17,543 nucleotides of DNA from a virus: UHGV virus genome UHGV-0153102; one strand, written 5' to 3'. Below the pieces are notes generated by a model. The model worked only from the letters and a program-made list of their open reading frames with translations, searched no databases and had not been told where the DNA came from. Made by a program: the position numbers and the translations under genes. This document shows positions 1 to 8,596 of this stretch, in pieces. Numbering within the stretch: the first letter of the stretch is position 1; every line of letters starts with the position of its first letter.

Positions 1-393
<393 letters not shown>

Positions 394-395
394 TC

Positions 396-437
396 AATAA
401 AAACACCCGATAGCGAAAGTTATCGGGTGTTTTCTTG
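396..437. terminator. bidirectional intrinsic terminator between convergent atoB and yfaP-like genes
   Basis: Perfect 10-bp inverted repeat ACACCCGATA (403-412) / TATCGGGTGT (421-430) with an 8-nt loop, flanked by AATAAAA on the 5' side and TTTCTTG on the 3' side. Confidence 0.65.
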
Positions 438-466
438 AACATCGACGGCGAAGGTAACCCCATTAA

Positions 467-1255
467 TCACCAGTCAAAACTTTTCACCAGCGTCAGATCG
501 CCAGCATTACGCATCGGTACAATAAATGTTTCCTGTTTCTCATTGACCGATCCTTCATCGGTGATCAGCGTCAGTTGGGCGGTGGTTAATTCCGTTTCGC
601 TGCGCCCACCATAGTAGTTGATATACACCTGATAGCGCCCGTGAATTGGCGCGGGCATGGCGAAAATCTCGGGTCCGTACCCCGTCGTGACATCCATATC
701 CAGTGCACCACTGTTTTTCAGCACGGTGTTACCGTACCAGGCGTGTTCGCCATCGGGCGTAACAACGTGAAGGTCGAGGTCGGTATTGTCCGTATCCCAC
801 GAGAGAACCAGCCGTAAACGTGCACGAATCGTTCCTGTACCCGGCGTTGAGTAAAACTGCATTTTTTGTCGGCTTTGCCCATCCGGGCTGATGACCTGCA
901 CGCTGTTGCTGCCTTCAGTGAAAATATAAGGGCGTGCAAATGAACCATCGGATTCAATTCTCTGCGGCATACTGGCACCGTTGACCACCAGCCGGCCCTG
1001 CTGAACTTTACCCGCCGCAGCATAATTCTTTATTTTGCCGCGGATCTGCGCTGAGATATTTTGATCATCTGCCATGTTGACGGACGACGCCGGGTAATTG
1101 ATCGATTGTGAAAAACTGGCATCTTCGCCCTCTGCCGGATGCCAGCCTGAGAGCGGTGCATCAATCTCGACTTCCTGCACACCTTCACTGTGAGCGACAG
1201 GCGAAAGCGCCACCAGTAACAACGTATAACCAGGTGAATCATTTGATACCGACAA
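467..1255 (-). CDS. yfaP: YfaP-like protein (DUF2135 family); native 5' end apparently lost at the prophage junction
   Basis: 262-codon minus-strand ORF. It has no ATG start; the only candidate is TTG at 1253-1255, which lies inside the first prophage end repeat. The residues after it (SPGYTLLLVALSPVAHSEG) look like a signal peptide lacking its charged N-region. Position after atoB matches the recalled K-12 order. Confidence 0.7.
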   Translation of the reverse strand: MSVSNDSPGYTLLLVALSPVAHSEGVQEVEIDAPLSGWHPAEGEDASFSQSINYPASSVNMADDQNISAQIRGKIKNYAAAGKVQQGRLVVNGASMPQRIESDGSFARPYIFTEGSNSVQVISPDGQSRQKMQFYSTPGTGTIRARLRLVLSWDTDNTDLDLHVVTPDGEHAWYGNTVLKNSGALDMDVTTGYGPEIFAMPAPIHGRYQVYINYYGGRSETELTTAQLTLITDEGSVNEKQETFIVPMRNAGDLTLVKSFDW

Positions 1256-1270
1256 GGGTTTTAGTGAAAG
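1239..1270 (+). repeat. left-end repeat copy 1 (candidate transposase end-binding site, L1 analog)
   Basis: TCATTTGATACCGACAAGGGTTTTAGTGAAAGG; shares TCATTTGATAC...GGTTTTAGT...AAGG with the copy at 1386-1417. Confidence 0.55.
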
Positions 1271-1278
1271 GAGGTGAA

Positions 1279-1312
1279 ATCACCTGTAAGATACTGAAAT
1301 AAAACAGGTGAT
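1279..1312. repeat. 9-bp perfect inverted repeat ATCACCTGT / ACAGGTGAT separated by 16 bp
   Basis: Seen directly at 1279-1287 and 1304-1312, inside the presumed prophage left end. Confidence 0.5.
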
Positions 1313-1332
1313 GGCTAGATGTGCGGATAAGG

Positions 1333-1350
1333 TCTATTTGATACCGATTG
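1333..1350 (+). repeat. left-end repeat copy 2 (shorter core ATTTGATACCGATTG)
   Basis: TCTATTTGATACCGATTG; shares the core ATTTGATACCGA with copy 1. Confidence 0.45.
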
Positions 1351-1385
1351 TGCAATAATTAGTCATTTATTATAAAATCGGCAAC

Positions 1386-1417
1386 TCATTTGATACTGTG
1401 GTTTTAGTCTTTTAAGG
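1386..1417 (+). repeat. left-end repeat copy 3 (candidate transposase end-binding site)
   Basis: TCATTTGATACTGTGGTTTTAGTCTTTTAAGG; same orientation as copy 1. Confidence 0.55.
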
Positions 1418-1470
1418 CGTTCCAAACAATGCGAAATACTCGATATAGTGCAAAATGCGGGCTAATGCTA

Positions 1471-2016
1471 TTAACCCGCTTTTGGTTCTACCGCGTTAGA
1501 TTTGCGACTTCTCTCAGTTTCTTCCAAAATCTCTCTGACGCGTTCGTCAGACATACCTTCAAGCTGTAATGCAGCTATTCTTTTCCTTCCTTCTAAGCGG
1601 ATTAGATCTTGATTTTCAGGCTCTAACAACCGAGCTAAGTACTTGGCTCCATTCAGAACCAAATTTTTCGATAGCTGCTCTAAGTCTTTTTCATCAAGTG
1701 CGCTGATAATCGTCATAATTATCTTCTTGCTTTCATCTTGATTTTCCTTGATCTCACACCGATTCACTTGTGATGCATCACTGAATCCACATAGCCACTC
1801 AACACTTACTCCTTCGATAGACGCAATCTGAAGGGCGACACTTAAGGATGGCTCAGTGCCACGAGACAGATAATTGTTTAGTGTTGAAAATGAAAGCCCC
1901 CAATCTCTTGCTGCAGCTCTGACGCTGCGGGAGCCAATCAGCCTTTTCAGACGCTCAGCAATGCTTTCTTTTCTACCACCAGGAAAAGAAAGAGATGTTG
2001 TTGTTTGCTTGTTCAT
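1471..2016 (-). CDS. prophage repressor (Mu c analog) with an XRE/CI-type helix-turn-helix N-terminus and a helical C-terminal region
   Basis: 181-aa ORF divergent from ner. The motif ARDWGLSFSTLNNYLSRGTEPSLSVALQIASIEGVSVEWL fits an XRE-family HTH. No S24 peptidase-like domain is evident. Candidate RBS upstream of the ATG at 2014-2016. Confidence 0.75.
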   Translation of the reverse strand: MNKQTTTSLSFPGGRKESIAERLKRLIGSRSVRAAARDWGLSFSTLNNYLSRGTEPSLSVALQIASIEGVSVEWLCGFSDASQVNRCEIKENQDESKKIIMTIISALDEKDLEQLSKNLVLNGAKYLARLLEPENQDLIRLEGRKRIAALQLEGMSDERVREILEETERSRKSNAVEPKAG

Positions 2017-2200
2017 TTTCTTTTCTTCCTATCAATTTGAAATTATTAACTTTTAGTGTTGTCAGCAACCATTGATCCACAATAGACAAAAGAAAGATGT
2101 TTTTTTGCTTTACATGAAGCAGAAGTGGATCAATACTTATATCAAACTTGATAACTAAGTTTAGTTATCAAATTTCGTAACTTTTTAGGATAGATGAATC
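2017..2200. promoter_or_regulatory. divergent repressor/early promoter and operator region (candidate transposition enhancer equivalent)
   Basis: 184-bp AT-rich spacer between divergent genes. Contains a 24-bp palindrome TTGATAACTAA-GT-TTAGTTATCAA (2148-2171) and a 10-bp inverted pair ATTGATCCAC (2071-2080) / GTGGATCAAT (2126-2135). Confidence 0.65.
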
Positions 2201-2431
2201 ATGGCGAGAAATGAAGTTAAGCCTGATTGGCATCCTCAAAGAATTTTGGGGGAAGTCAGAGCCAGAGAAGGAAGCATGAGGGCGCTGGCCCGTAAAGCTG
2301 GCGTGGGTCAGAACAATCTGTACAACGCGGTATACCGCCATGTTCCCAAGTATGAGGGGATTATCGCGGAATGCCTGGGGGTGCCGCCCGAGGAGATTTG
2401 GCCCAGCCGCTACATTCGTAAGGTCGCGTAA
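2201..2431 (+). CDS. ner: Ner-like DNA-binding protein (Ner/Nlp family)
   Basis: 76 aa; motifs DWHPQ...LARKAGV...NNLYNA...EIWPSRY resemble Mu Ner; position is immediately upstream of the transposase gene. Confidence 0.85.
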   Translation: MARNEVKPDWHPQRILGEVRAREGSMRALARKAGVGQNNLYNAVYRHVPKYEGIIAECLGVPPEEIWPSRYIRKVA

Positions 2432-2433
2432 TT

Positions 2434-4521
2434 ATGTTTGCTTCAGTCAAAGAACTGGTTGGATTACCGGGGATGCCGGGAACGGAGCAAGGCGTTCGCT
2501 ATTCAATCAGGAAGTATGCAACCAGCGAAACCAGCAGACGCCGCAAGAAAGGCGCTAAAGGTTTTGAATACAGCATTGACTGTTTACCTGAAGTGACACA
2601 GCAGGCATTACGCGAACGTTATGCCCTGCAACTGATGACGCAAAAAGCCGATGAATCACCGGCTCCGGTGGTGACAAAGGCCAGACGCTCGTCTGCCGTG
2701 GTTGATGCGGTGGAGGCATATCGCGGATCACCACAACTGATGGTCGAACGCCTCAATGCCCTGACTGAAAACCAGCGCCAGGTGGCAGACGCACGCATTG
2801 CGATCGTCAGTGAGGTGCTGAAATTCACGCAACAACCCGGTTTCAGCTGCGCTAAAGCTATCCGGTTCATCGTTGACCGCCTGTCACACTCGCAACTGGA
2901 TGAGCGCATTGTGGCAATGGTTGAGATAGCGAACGCCAGAAAGGGAAACAGTCGCGTGTTGAGTGAAATCACGCTGAAACGCTGGATTGCGGCCTTTAAT
3001 AAGGCACAGAACGCTGCTGAACGCCTGCTTTTGCTGGCACCAGGTAAACGCCAGGAAATAAAAGCCGAAGATATTAACTGGTTGCCCGAATTTCTGGCGC
3101 AGTATCGCCAGTCAAACGGCCGACCAATGACCGAGGCTTACGAGGATTTTGTTGCCGAATGGCAGCACCGGCACGCTGATGAGCCTTATATGCTCGATAT
3201 CATGCCGTCTTATGACACCATTCGCCGCGCAATGAAGAAACTGCCGGAAGTGGTGAAACAAAAAGGACGGGTTACCGGCAGTGAATACCGCCAGCTTGAG
3301 GGATTCACGCGCCGCGACTGGTCAAAAATGCCGGTGAATTATGTCTGGATTGGTGACGGTCACGGCATGAAGCTGAAATGCGCGCACCCGGTTCACGGGC
3401 GGCCATTCGCACCGGAAGTGACCTTTGTTATCGACGGTGGCACGCGCTTTGTGGTGGGCTGGAGCCTTGACCTGGCTGAAAATGTTTTCGCCGTAGCCGG
3501 TGCCATACAGCACGGTATTCGCCATCATGGCAAACCGTTTCTGTATTACTCGGATAATGGCTCCGGGGAAACCGCCGACGTCCTGGATAAGGAGATTGTG
3601 GGGATACTGCCACGACTGGGGATTAATCACCCGACAGGGATTGCCGGTAATCCGCAGGGACGGGGCATTATCGAACGGCTTAACCGCACATTACCGATGC
3701 GCATAGCCCGTAAATACCGCACCTATTTCGGGAAAGGAGCAGATCGCGAGACGTTACGTAAAACCAACCGCGATTTACGCTCGGCATTCAGTGCCCTGCA
3801 ACAGGGCAAACGGCTGAACGCCCGGCAGCAGTCAGCGATGCGTGATTTACCGTCCTGGTCTGAACTGATTGATGCCATTCGTGACGGTGTTGAGTGGTAC
3901 AACAACCGGCCGCACGATGAATTACCCATGAAGCCGAACGGTAAACATTACAGCCCGGCGGAGTTCAGAAAAAAACGCCTGGCGGAAGAGGACACGGAAA
4001 TTGAATGGCTGTCCGATGTTGAACTGCGGGATATGTTCCGGCCGATGGTGGAGCGCCCTGTAAGACGCTGTGAAATACGCTGGCTGAATAATATTTACTA
4101 CGCGCCCGAGCTGCGTGACGAGCATGGCCGTAAGGTACTTATCAGCTATGACATTCATGATGCCGAACGAATTACCGTGCGCCGCCCGGATGGCAGCGTG
4201 ATTTGCGAGGCGGTATGGGACGGCAATAAACGCGAAGCCTTCCCTGTCAGCGCGGAATACTACAAACAGCAGCAGCGCCTTAAAGGCATGCGTAAACGCG
4301 CAGAGGAAAAAATCCGTGATGCCGAGGATGAGGTTGTCAACGTGCTGGAGCACAAGCCGCAGGAGCCCTGGCTGGAAAACATATACCGCCCTGTGGGTAA
4401 TACGGTGACCGTTCAGCAACCGGTCGCTGACGATGAACCTGATGAAGAATACGAGCGTAATTTCCAGCGGGGATTGCAGTTGCTCGAAGCGAAATTAAAA
4501 GAAAGTGATCCGCTGGCCTGA
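2434..4521 (+). CDS. Mu-type DDE transposase (MuA homolog)
   Basis: 695 aa. N-terminal Mu-type DNA-binding domain (LVGLPGMPGTEQGV...GAKGFEY). Central DDE core (WIGDGHGMKL...YYSDNGSGE). Start lies 2 nt after the ner stop. Confidence 0.9.
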   Translation: MFASVKELVGLPGMPGTEQGVRYSIRKYATSETSRRRKKGAKGFEYSIDCLPEVTQQALRERYALQLMTQKADESPAPVVTKARRSSAVVDAVEAYRGSPQLMVERLNALTENQRQVADARIAIVSEVLKFTQQPGFSCAKAIRFIVDRLSHSQLDERIVAMVEIANARKGNSRVLSEITLKRWIAAFNKAQNAAERLLLLAPGKRQEIKAEDINWLPEFLAQYRQSNGRPMTEAYEDFVAEWQHRHADEPYMLDIMPSYDTIRRAMKKLPEVVKQKGRVTGSEYRQLEGFTRRDWSKMPVNYVWIGDGHGMKLKCAHPVHGRPFAPEVTFVIDGGTRFVVGWSLDLAENVFAVAGAIQHGIRHHGKPFLYYSDNGSGETADVLDKEIVGILPRLGINHPTGIAGNPQGRGIIERLNRTLPMRIARKYRTYFGKGADRETLRKTNRDLRSAFSALQQGKRLNARQQSAMRDLPSWSELIDAIRDGVEWYNNRPHDELPMKPNGKHYSPAEFRKKRLAEEDTEIEWLSDVELRDMFRPMVERPVRRCEIRWLNNIYYAPELRDEHGRKVLISYDIHDAERITVRRPDGSVICEAVWDGNKREAFPVSAEYYKQQQRLKGMRKRAEEKIRDAEDEVVNVLEHKPQEPWLENIYRPVGNTVTVQQPVADDEPDEEYERNFQRGLQLLEAKLKESDPLA

Positions 4522-4528
4522 AATAAAA

Positions 4529-4558
4529 AAATAACCCGAGGGGTGACTCAGGTTATTT
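4529..4558 (+). promoter_or_regulatory. imperfect hairpin between A and B (12-bp arms, one mismatch, 6-nt loop)
   Basis: AAATAACCCGAG-GGGTGA-CTCAGGTTATTT seen directly; followed by a T-containing tract but not a clean U-run. Confidence 0.35.
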
Positions 4559-4603
4559 GAGGTTTCAGTCTCGGAGAATGCTGTCTCAAGCGAGGTGAAT
4601 AAT

Positions 4604-5536
4604 ATGACCGATATTAACGATGTAATCAAGACCATTGATGAACTTATTGATGGCGGCGTACTGACGCAGTATGCCATCGCCAGAGAGGCGGGAATTTCCG
4701 ACGGCACATTATCGGCTTTCCGTAAGGGAAAATATAAAGGCGATAACGCTGCTGTGGCTGCTTCCCTGCGCTCCTGGTATGAGAACTGGAATAAACAAAG
4801 CGCACTGCCGGAACCGCCGCAGTTTGTGGAAACTCAGACAGTCCAGGAGCTGCGCGCACTGTTTCAGGCGGTTCGCCTGATGGGCTGTATTAACGTTATT
4901 GTGGGCGTACCGGGTGTGGGTAAAACGGCCACTGCCCGTAATTACTGCCAGGAGCAACCAAACACCTGGATGATCACCCTGTCACCCGCGCACTCCAGCG
5001 TCACGGAGTGTCTGCTGGAGCTGGCCGATGCGCTGGGGATTGATTACACCCGCGCGAACAAAGGGGCATTATCCCGCGCCATCCGCCGTCGCCTGATGGG
5101 AACGCGTGGACTGGTGATTGTGGATGAGGCGGATCATCTTGGTATTGACGGTCTGGAGCAACTCCGGGCAATTCAGGACGCCACGGGGATCGGGATGGTG
5201 CTTATTGGTAACCCGCGCGGATTGTTTAAAGGTGGACGCCGCGCCTTTGATGATTTATCGCGCCTGTTCAGCCGTCTTGCCCGTACAAAACAACTTCGCA
5301 AGGCCAAAAAGGCGGATGTGCTGGCCATTGCCATGGCGTGGGGGATCAGTGGTGAGGCCGAGCTGGCCGTCATGCAGGCTATCGCTGAAAAGCCGGGAGC
5401 GTTACGCGTTCTGACACATACGCTTAACCAGGCGTGGCTCACCGCCAGCGGTGAAGGCGCGGCGCTGACAGAAAAACATATTAATGCGGCCTTTAAAGAG
5501 GTTTATACCAACCCTGAATTACTCTCACAGGTGTGA
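4604..5536 (+). CDS. DNA transposition protein B (MuB homolog, AAA+ ATPase)
   Basis: Walker A motif GVPGVGKT. Walker B-like VIVDEADHL. N-terminal HTH-like region. GAGGTG RBS 8 nt upstream of ATG 4604; the ORF-track start at 4595 is a GTG inside that RBS. Confidence 0.9.
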   Translation: MTDINDVIKTIDELIDGGVLTQYAIAREAGISDGTLSAFRKGKYKGDNAAVAASLRSWYENWNKQSALPEPPQFVETQTVQELRALFQAVRLMGCINVIVGVPGVGKTATARNYCQEQPNTWMITLSPAHSSVTECLLELADALGIDYTRANKGALSRAIRRRLMGTRGLVIVDEADHLGIDGLEQLRAIQDATGIGMVLIGNPRGLFKGGRRAFDDLSRLFSRLARTKQLRKAKKADVLAIAMAWGISGEAELAVMQAIAEKPGALRVLTHTLNQAWLTASGEGAALTEKHINAAFKEVYTNPELLSQV

Positions 5537-5538
5537 TT

Positions 5539-5760
5539 ATGGCGGTATTTAATATTCCTGATATTTACGGACGCTTTTACCTGGTTAATTTCGATAACGT
5601 GAAGGTGATTTCACTGGCCGAAAATAAAGAATGTGGCGATTTACTTTTTGAATTTAATGACCGCACACGAATGGTGATATCTGCCGGACTTGATCGCGAA
5701 GGTGCGACAGAAGTTTACAGCGGAATATGCCGTTCTGTTGGTGCGAAACAAGTCAGCTAA
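5539..5760 (+). CDS. small early protein at the position of Mu kil; function not established
   Basis: 73-75 aa ORF beginning at the B stop (GTG 5533 or ATG 5539). Assignment is positional only. Confidence 0.55.
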   Translation: MAVFNIPDIYGRFYLVNFDNVKVISLAENKECGDLLFEFNDRTRMVISAGLDREGATEVYSGICRSVGAKQVS

Positions 5761-5772
5761 ATGAGGTGTTAT

Positions 5773-6027
5773 ATGAATATGCAATCCTGCGGTAACAAAA
5801 TGAATTTATTCGACTCCCTGAACAGCGCGCGCCGTCTGACCGAACTTGCCGGTGCGGTACTGGAACGCAGTAAGCGCTATCCGCAACGTTTTGCACTGAA
5901 AACCACGCCGCCGGTAGGCAACGTGCAGGGAACCGGTGAAATTGAAATCACCATACAGACCAACGGCCTGCGCCGCCGTGTGAAGGCCACCCGCATCAGC
6001 GGCTGCACGGTTTACTGGGAGGTGTGA
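5773..6027 (+). CDS. hypothetical early protein
   Basis: ORF with AGGTG shortly upstream; start is ambiguous between ATG 5761, 5773, 5779 and 5800. Confidence 0.5.
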   Translation: MNMQSCGNKMNLFDSLNSARRLTELAGAVLERSKRYPQRFALKTTPPVGNVQGTGEIEITIQTNGLRRRVKATRISGCTVYWEV

Positions 6028-6028
6028 G

Positions 6029-6310
6029 GTGAAAAAAAATCTCATTGCATGGGCGTGGTCGAGTGGTCTTATTGAGTTTGGTTACGTCCTGCCGGAAGGT
6101 GCATTGCCGATAGTTGCCGGAAAGCCTGCCACGGTACGGCATGTGATTGAGGTTATGGCGCGTCATGGACGTGATGAACAGGAGCAGTTACTGGTTCCGG
6201 GGATACCGGAAGCGGTGACGGAGGAAGAAGCCTTTAATGCCATGATTCGGTTCTGCCGTGAGGTCAGACGCCGGGTCAGTTATCCAAACAGAACGAGGAC
6301 CAGAGGATGA
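6029..6310 (+). CDS. hypothetical early protein (GTG start)
   Basis: 93-codon ORF starting 2 nt after the preceding stop, with GGAGGTG just upstream. Confidence 0.5.
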   Translation: MKKNLIAWAWSSGLIEFGYVLPEGALPIVAGKPATVRHVIEVMARHGRDEQEQLLVPGIPEAVTEEEAFNAMIRFCREVRRRVSYPNRTRTRG

Positions 6311-6579
6311 GTAAAGTCGTACACATTATTTTCGAATATAAGGAGCACGTTATCCATAAAAACGCTGATGGAACAGTGCGCATGGGGGTAAGTCTGGACA
6401 TACGTTCAACCGGGATAAAGCAGAAAGGTGATGGACCCGCCATGATTTTTGGGGTGGTTATGCTCGCGGAAAGCAGAAACTTCGCAGAGCTTGTGGCAAT
6501 GAAAGCCAGTGCATTCATGAAAGACAGGGGCATGGCTTCCGGGGTTATTAACGGTAATGAATTTAATCAGCAGGGGTAA
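6307..6579 (+). CDS. hypothetical early protein
   Basis: 90 aa; start overlaps the previous stop (ATGA); N-terminus MSKVVHIIFEY. Confidence 0.55.
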   Translation: MSKVVHIIFEYKEHVIHKNADGTVRMGVSLDIRSTGIKQKGDGPAMIFGVVMLAESRNFAELVAMKASAFMKDRGMASGVINGNEFNQQG

Positions 6580-6583
6580 TTCC

Positions 6584-6877
6584 ATGAGCAAAGTACGCGT
6601 TATTTTTGAATTTAACCACGTAATGCATGAAGTAAAGCCAGCCGGTAATGATAGTCAGGAAATCACGGAGGGGGTTACTGCCACTGTAAAAATCGAACGT
6701 GATACGGAGAACAGACCGACAGGCCCATGTGATGTTTATGCGCAAATTCTTAAATATCACAGCCCCACAATTATTCAGTTTCTGACAGATGAACTTCAGG
6801 GTTCCATGCAGGCTCTGGGGGTGAAAAGCAGCATTGAGCGCCGCTCCTTGCAGAACGCACCAGATACATTGCAATAA
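6584..6877 (+). CDS. hypothetical early protein
   Basis: Internal ATG at 6584 (MSKVRVIFEF...) preferred over the ORF-track start at 6557 because it lies just after the preceding stop. Confidence 0.55.
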   Translation: MSKVRVIFEFNHVMHEVKPAGNDSQEITEGVTATVKIERDTENRPTGPCDVYAQILKYHSPTIIQFLTDELQGSMQALGVKSSIERRSLQNAPDTLQ

Positions 6878-6888
6878 GGAAAAACAAA

Positions 6889-7419
6889 ATGGCAAAACGC
6901 GTTACAAAATTAAAGGCTGTAGCCGAGGCCGCACCGCAGACCCGCGAAGAAGTCAGCCGCGATATCCGCACCCTGGGCGATATTCAGCGAGAGGCGCTGC
7001 GCCTGGAAACGGCGATGAATGATGAAGTGGCAGAAATCACCGCCCGTTATACGCCGCAGATTGAAAATCTTAAAAAGCAAATCAAAGTGCTTTTTAAAGG
7101 GATTCAGGACTGGTGTAAAACCAACCGTGATGAGCTGACGAACGGCGGCAAAACCAAAACTGCCAATCTGACCACCGGAACGGTGTCATGGCGGCTGGGA
7201 ACGCCATCATGCAGCGTCAGCCGTGATGTGGAAGGTGTGATTGACACGCTGCGCCGTATGGGGCTTGAGCGATTCATCCGCACGAAAGAGGAAGTGAACA
7301 AGGAAGCCGTCCTGGCGGAGCCGGATGCGGTGAAAGGCATTGCCGGTATAAAGGTGAATAAAGGCGCTGAAAGTTTTTATGTCGAGCCTTTTGAACAGGA
7401 TGCCGGACTGAATAAATAA
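6889..7419 (+). CDS. gam: host-nuclease inhibitor protein Gam (Mu Gam-like, DNA-end binding)
   Basis: 176 aa; motifs MAK...DIQREALRLETAMNDEVAEIT...NRDELTNGGKTKTANL...VSWR...RFIRTKEEVNKEA match Mu Gam as recalled; AAGGA RBS upstream. Confidence 0.85.
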   Translation: MAKRVTKLKAVAEAAPQTREEVSRDIRTLGDIQREALRLETAMNDEVAEITARYTPQIENLKKQIKVLFKGIQDWCKTNRDELTNGGKTKTANLTTGTVSWRLGTPSCSVSRDVEGVIDTLRRMGLERFIRTKEEVNKEAVLAEPDAVKGIAGIKVNKGAESFYVEPFEQDAGLNK

Positions 7420-7516
7420 CACCGCATTAATTATTTAAATATCACTTCATTTTAATTATGGCGCTCGCGTCAGGGGACTGCTTGCGCCTGAAAGCTGAAA
7501 ATAAGGAATCGGAAAT

Positions 7517-8059
7517 ATGGCATATTTTTATTTCAAATTAGACCGTGTGCAGACAAATAAATATTTCACCAAATATCAACAGGCTGTTTTACCGCTACGC
7601 AACAGTATTCTTCGGACATTACTGAAAAATACAGGCGCTGCCGGATTGCGCTTAAAGCCGTTCGCCATGGACAGAATCAGTGAGTTTTATTTTGCCGGTG
7701 CTCTGCCTGCGGGCTGGCGTAAGCGCGATGATGTGGCTTTTATCGGTGGCGGACAGTGCTTTATAGCCAGACCTGATGAGTCATGCCCTGAAGGACCGGC
7801 GATTGCCGCAATGATTGAAGCCGCTGAACGCGAGTTAAGAAAGCGTCCTGATTTCCTTGTCTGGCTCTGTGAAAAGCTGGGGGTAATGAGAATCCCCTCC
7901 ATGTTTAACACGGACTCCTGGTGGACCCCTTCGTTCTCCCGTGATGCCCTGTGCGTGGTGTTTAAAGTGGGCGCTTATGGCAGGGAAATAAACGGATGTA
8001 TTCCTGAAGAATGCCAGGAAATTAAACATTCTGAATATGTGGCGCTGACGGAGGAATAA
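7517..8059 (+). CDS. hypothetical protein (accessory early block)
   Basis: 180-aa ORF with AAGGA RBS, following a 97-bp AT-rich spacer; no family recognised. Confidence 0.6.
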   Translation: MAYFYFKLDRVQTNKYFTKYQQAVLPLRNSILRTLLKNTGAAGLRLKPFAMDRISEFYFAGALPAGWRKRDDVAFIGGGQCFIARPDESCPEGPAIAAMIEAAERELRKRPDFLVWLCEKLGVMRIPSMFNTDSWWTPSFSRDALCVVFKVGAYGREINGCIPEECQEIKHSEYVALTEE

Positions 8060-8062
8060 TTC

Positions 8063-8596
8063 ATGATTGATGCAAAAGTGCTTGAAGGGGTTAAAAACTG
8101 GCTGCGTTTTTCTGGCCGTCTGACCAGTCGTTCTCTGGCAGAAAAAATGAATATGCCGCTATCCTCCATGGTTTATTTTCTGCGTGATGCGGTTGATGCC
8201 GGGGTGCTGACGGAATGTAACGGTTTTTATGATATTCCGCGTCCCCGCCCGGTGCAGCCGATTCGTCGCAAATGCAGACAGGAATCTGCGGCTGATGATG
8301 TTCAGTGGTGCAGCTTCAGAAAATCCCTGCCATGGATTGAGGGGCATGATATTCCGTCGATGGCGTGGGAATTTGCTCAGGGCGTTCTGACCTGTGAAAC
8401 CGTTTATGTGGTGGCTGAAGTTGATGAGCAGGCCATGAAAGAAGGCGTGCCCCAGTTTGTGATGGCGTATATCGACATTCGCCTGGGTGTCATTATCTGC
8501 GGTTTAAGCGGCTGGAATATCACCGAACATGTTCTGCGTTACCTGATTGTTGACCGGACGGCTGCGCCTGCCGGGATATCTGCGGAGGTGGCGTAA
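8063..8596 (+). CDS. hypothetical protein, possible N-terminal winged-helix
   Basis: 177-aa ORF with GGAGGA RBS; N-terminus LTSRSLAEKMNMPLSSMVYFLRDAVDAGVL is HTH-like. Confidence 0.6.
   Translation: MIDAKVLEGVKNWLRFSGRLTSRSLAEKMNMPLSSMVYFLRDAVDAGVLTECNGFYDIPRPRPVQPIRRKCRQESAADDVQWCSFRKSLPWIEGHDIPSMAWEFAQGVLTCETVYVVAEVDEQAMKEGVPQFVMAYIDIRLGVIICGLSGWNITEHVLRYLIVDRTAAPAGISAEVA

Noticed and set aside
3922-4419. 165-aa minus-strand ORF
   Set aside because: Antisense within the transposase A gene; no RBS context and no recognisable features.
7420-7516. 97-bp AT-rich spacer after gam as a possible small RNA or internal promoter
   Set aside because: Only a weak 5-bp stem and no clear -35/-10 or terminator signature could be read by eye.
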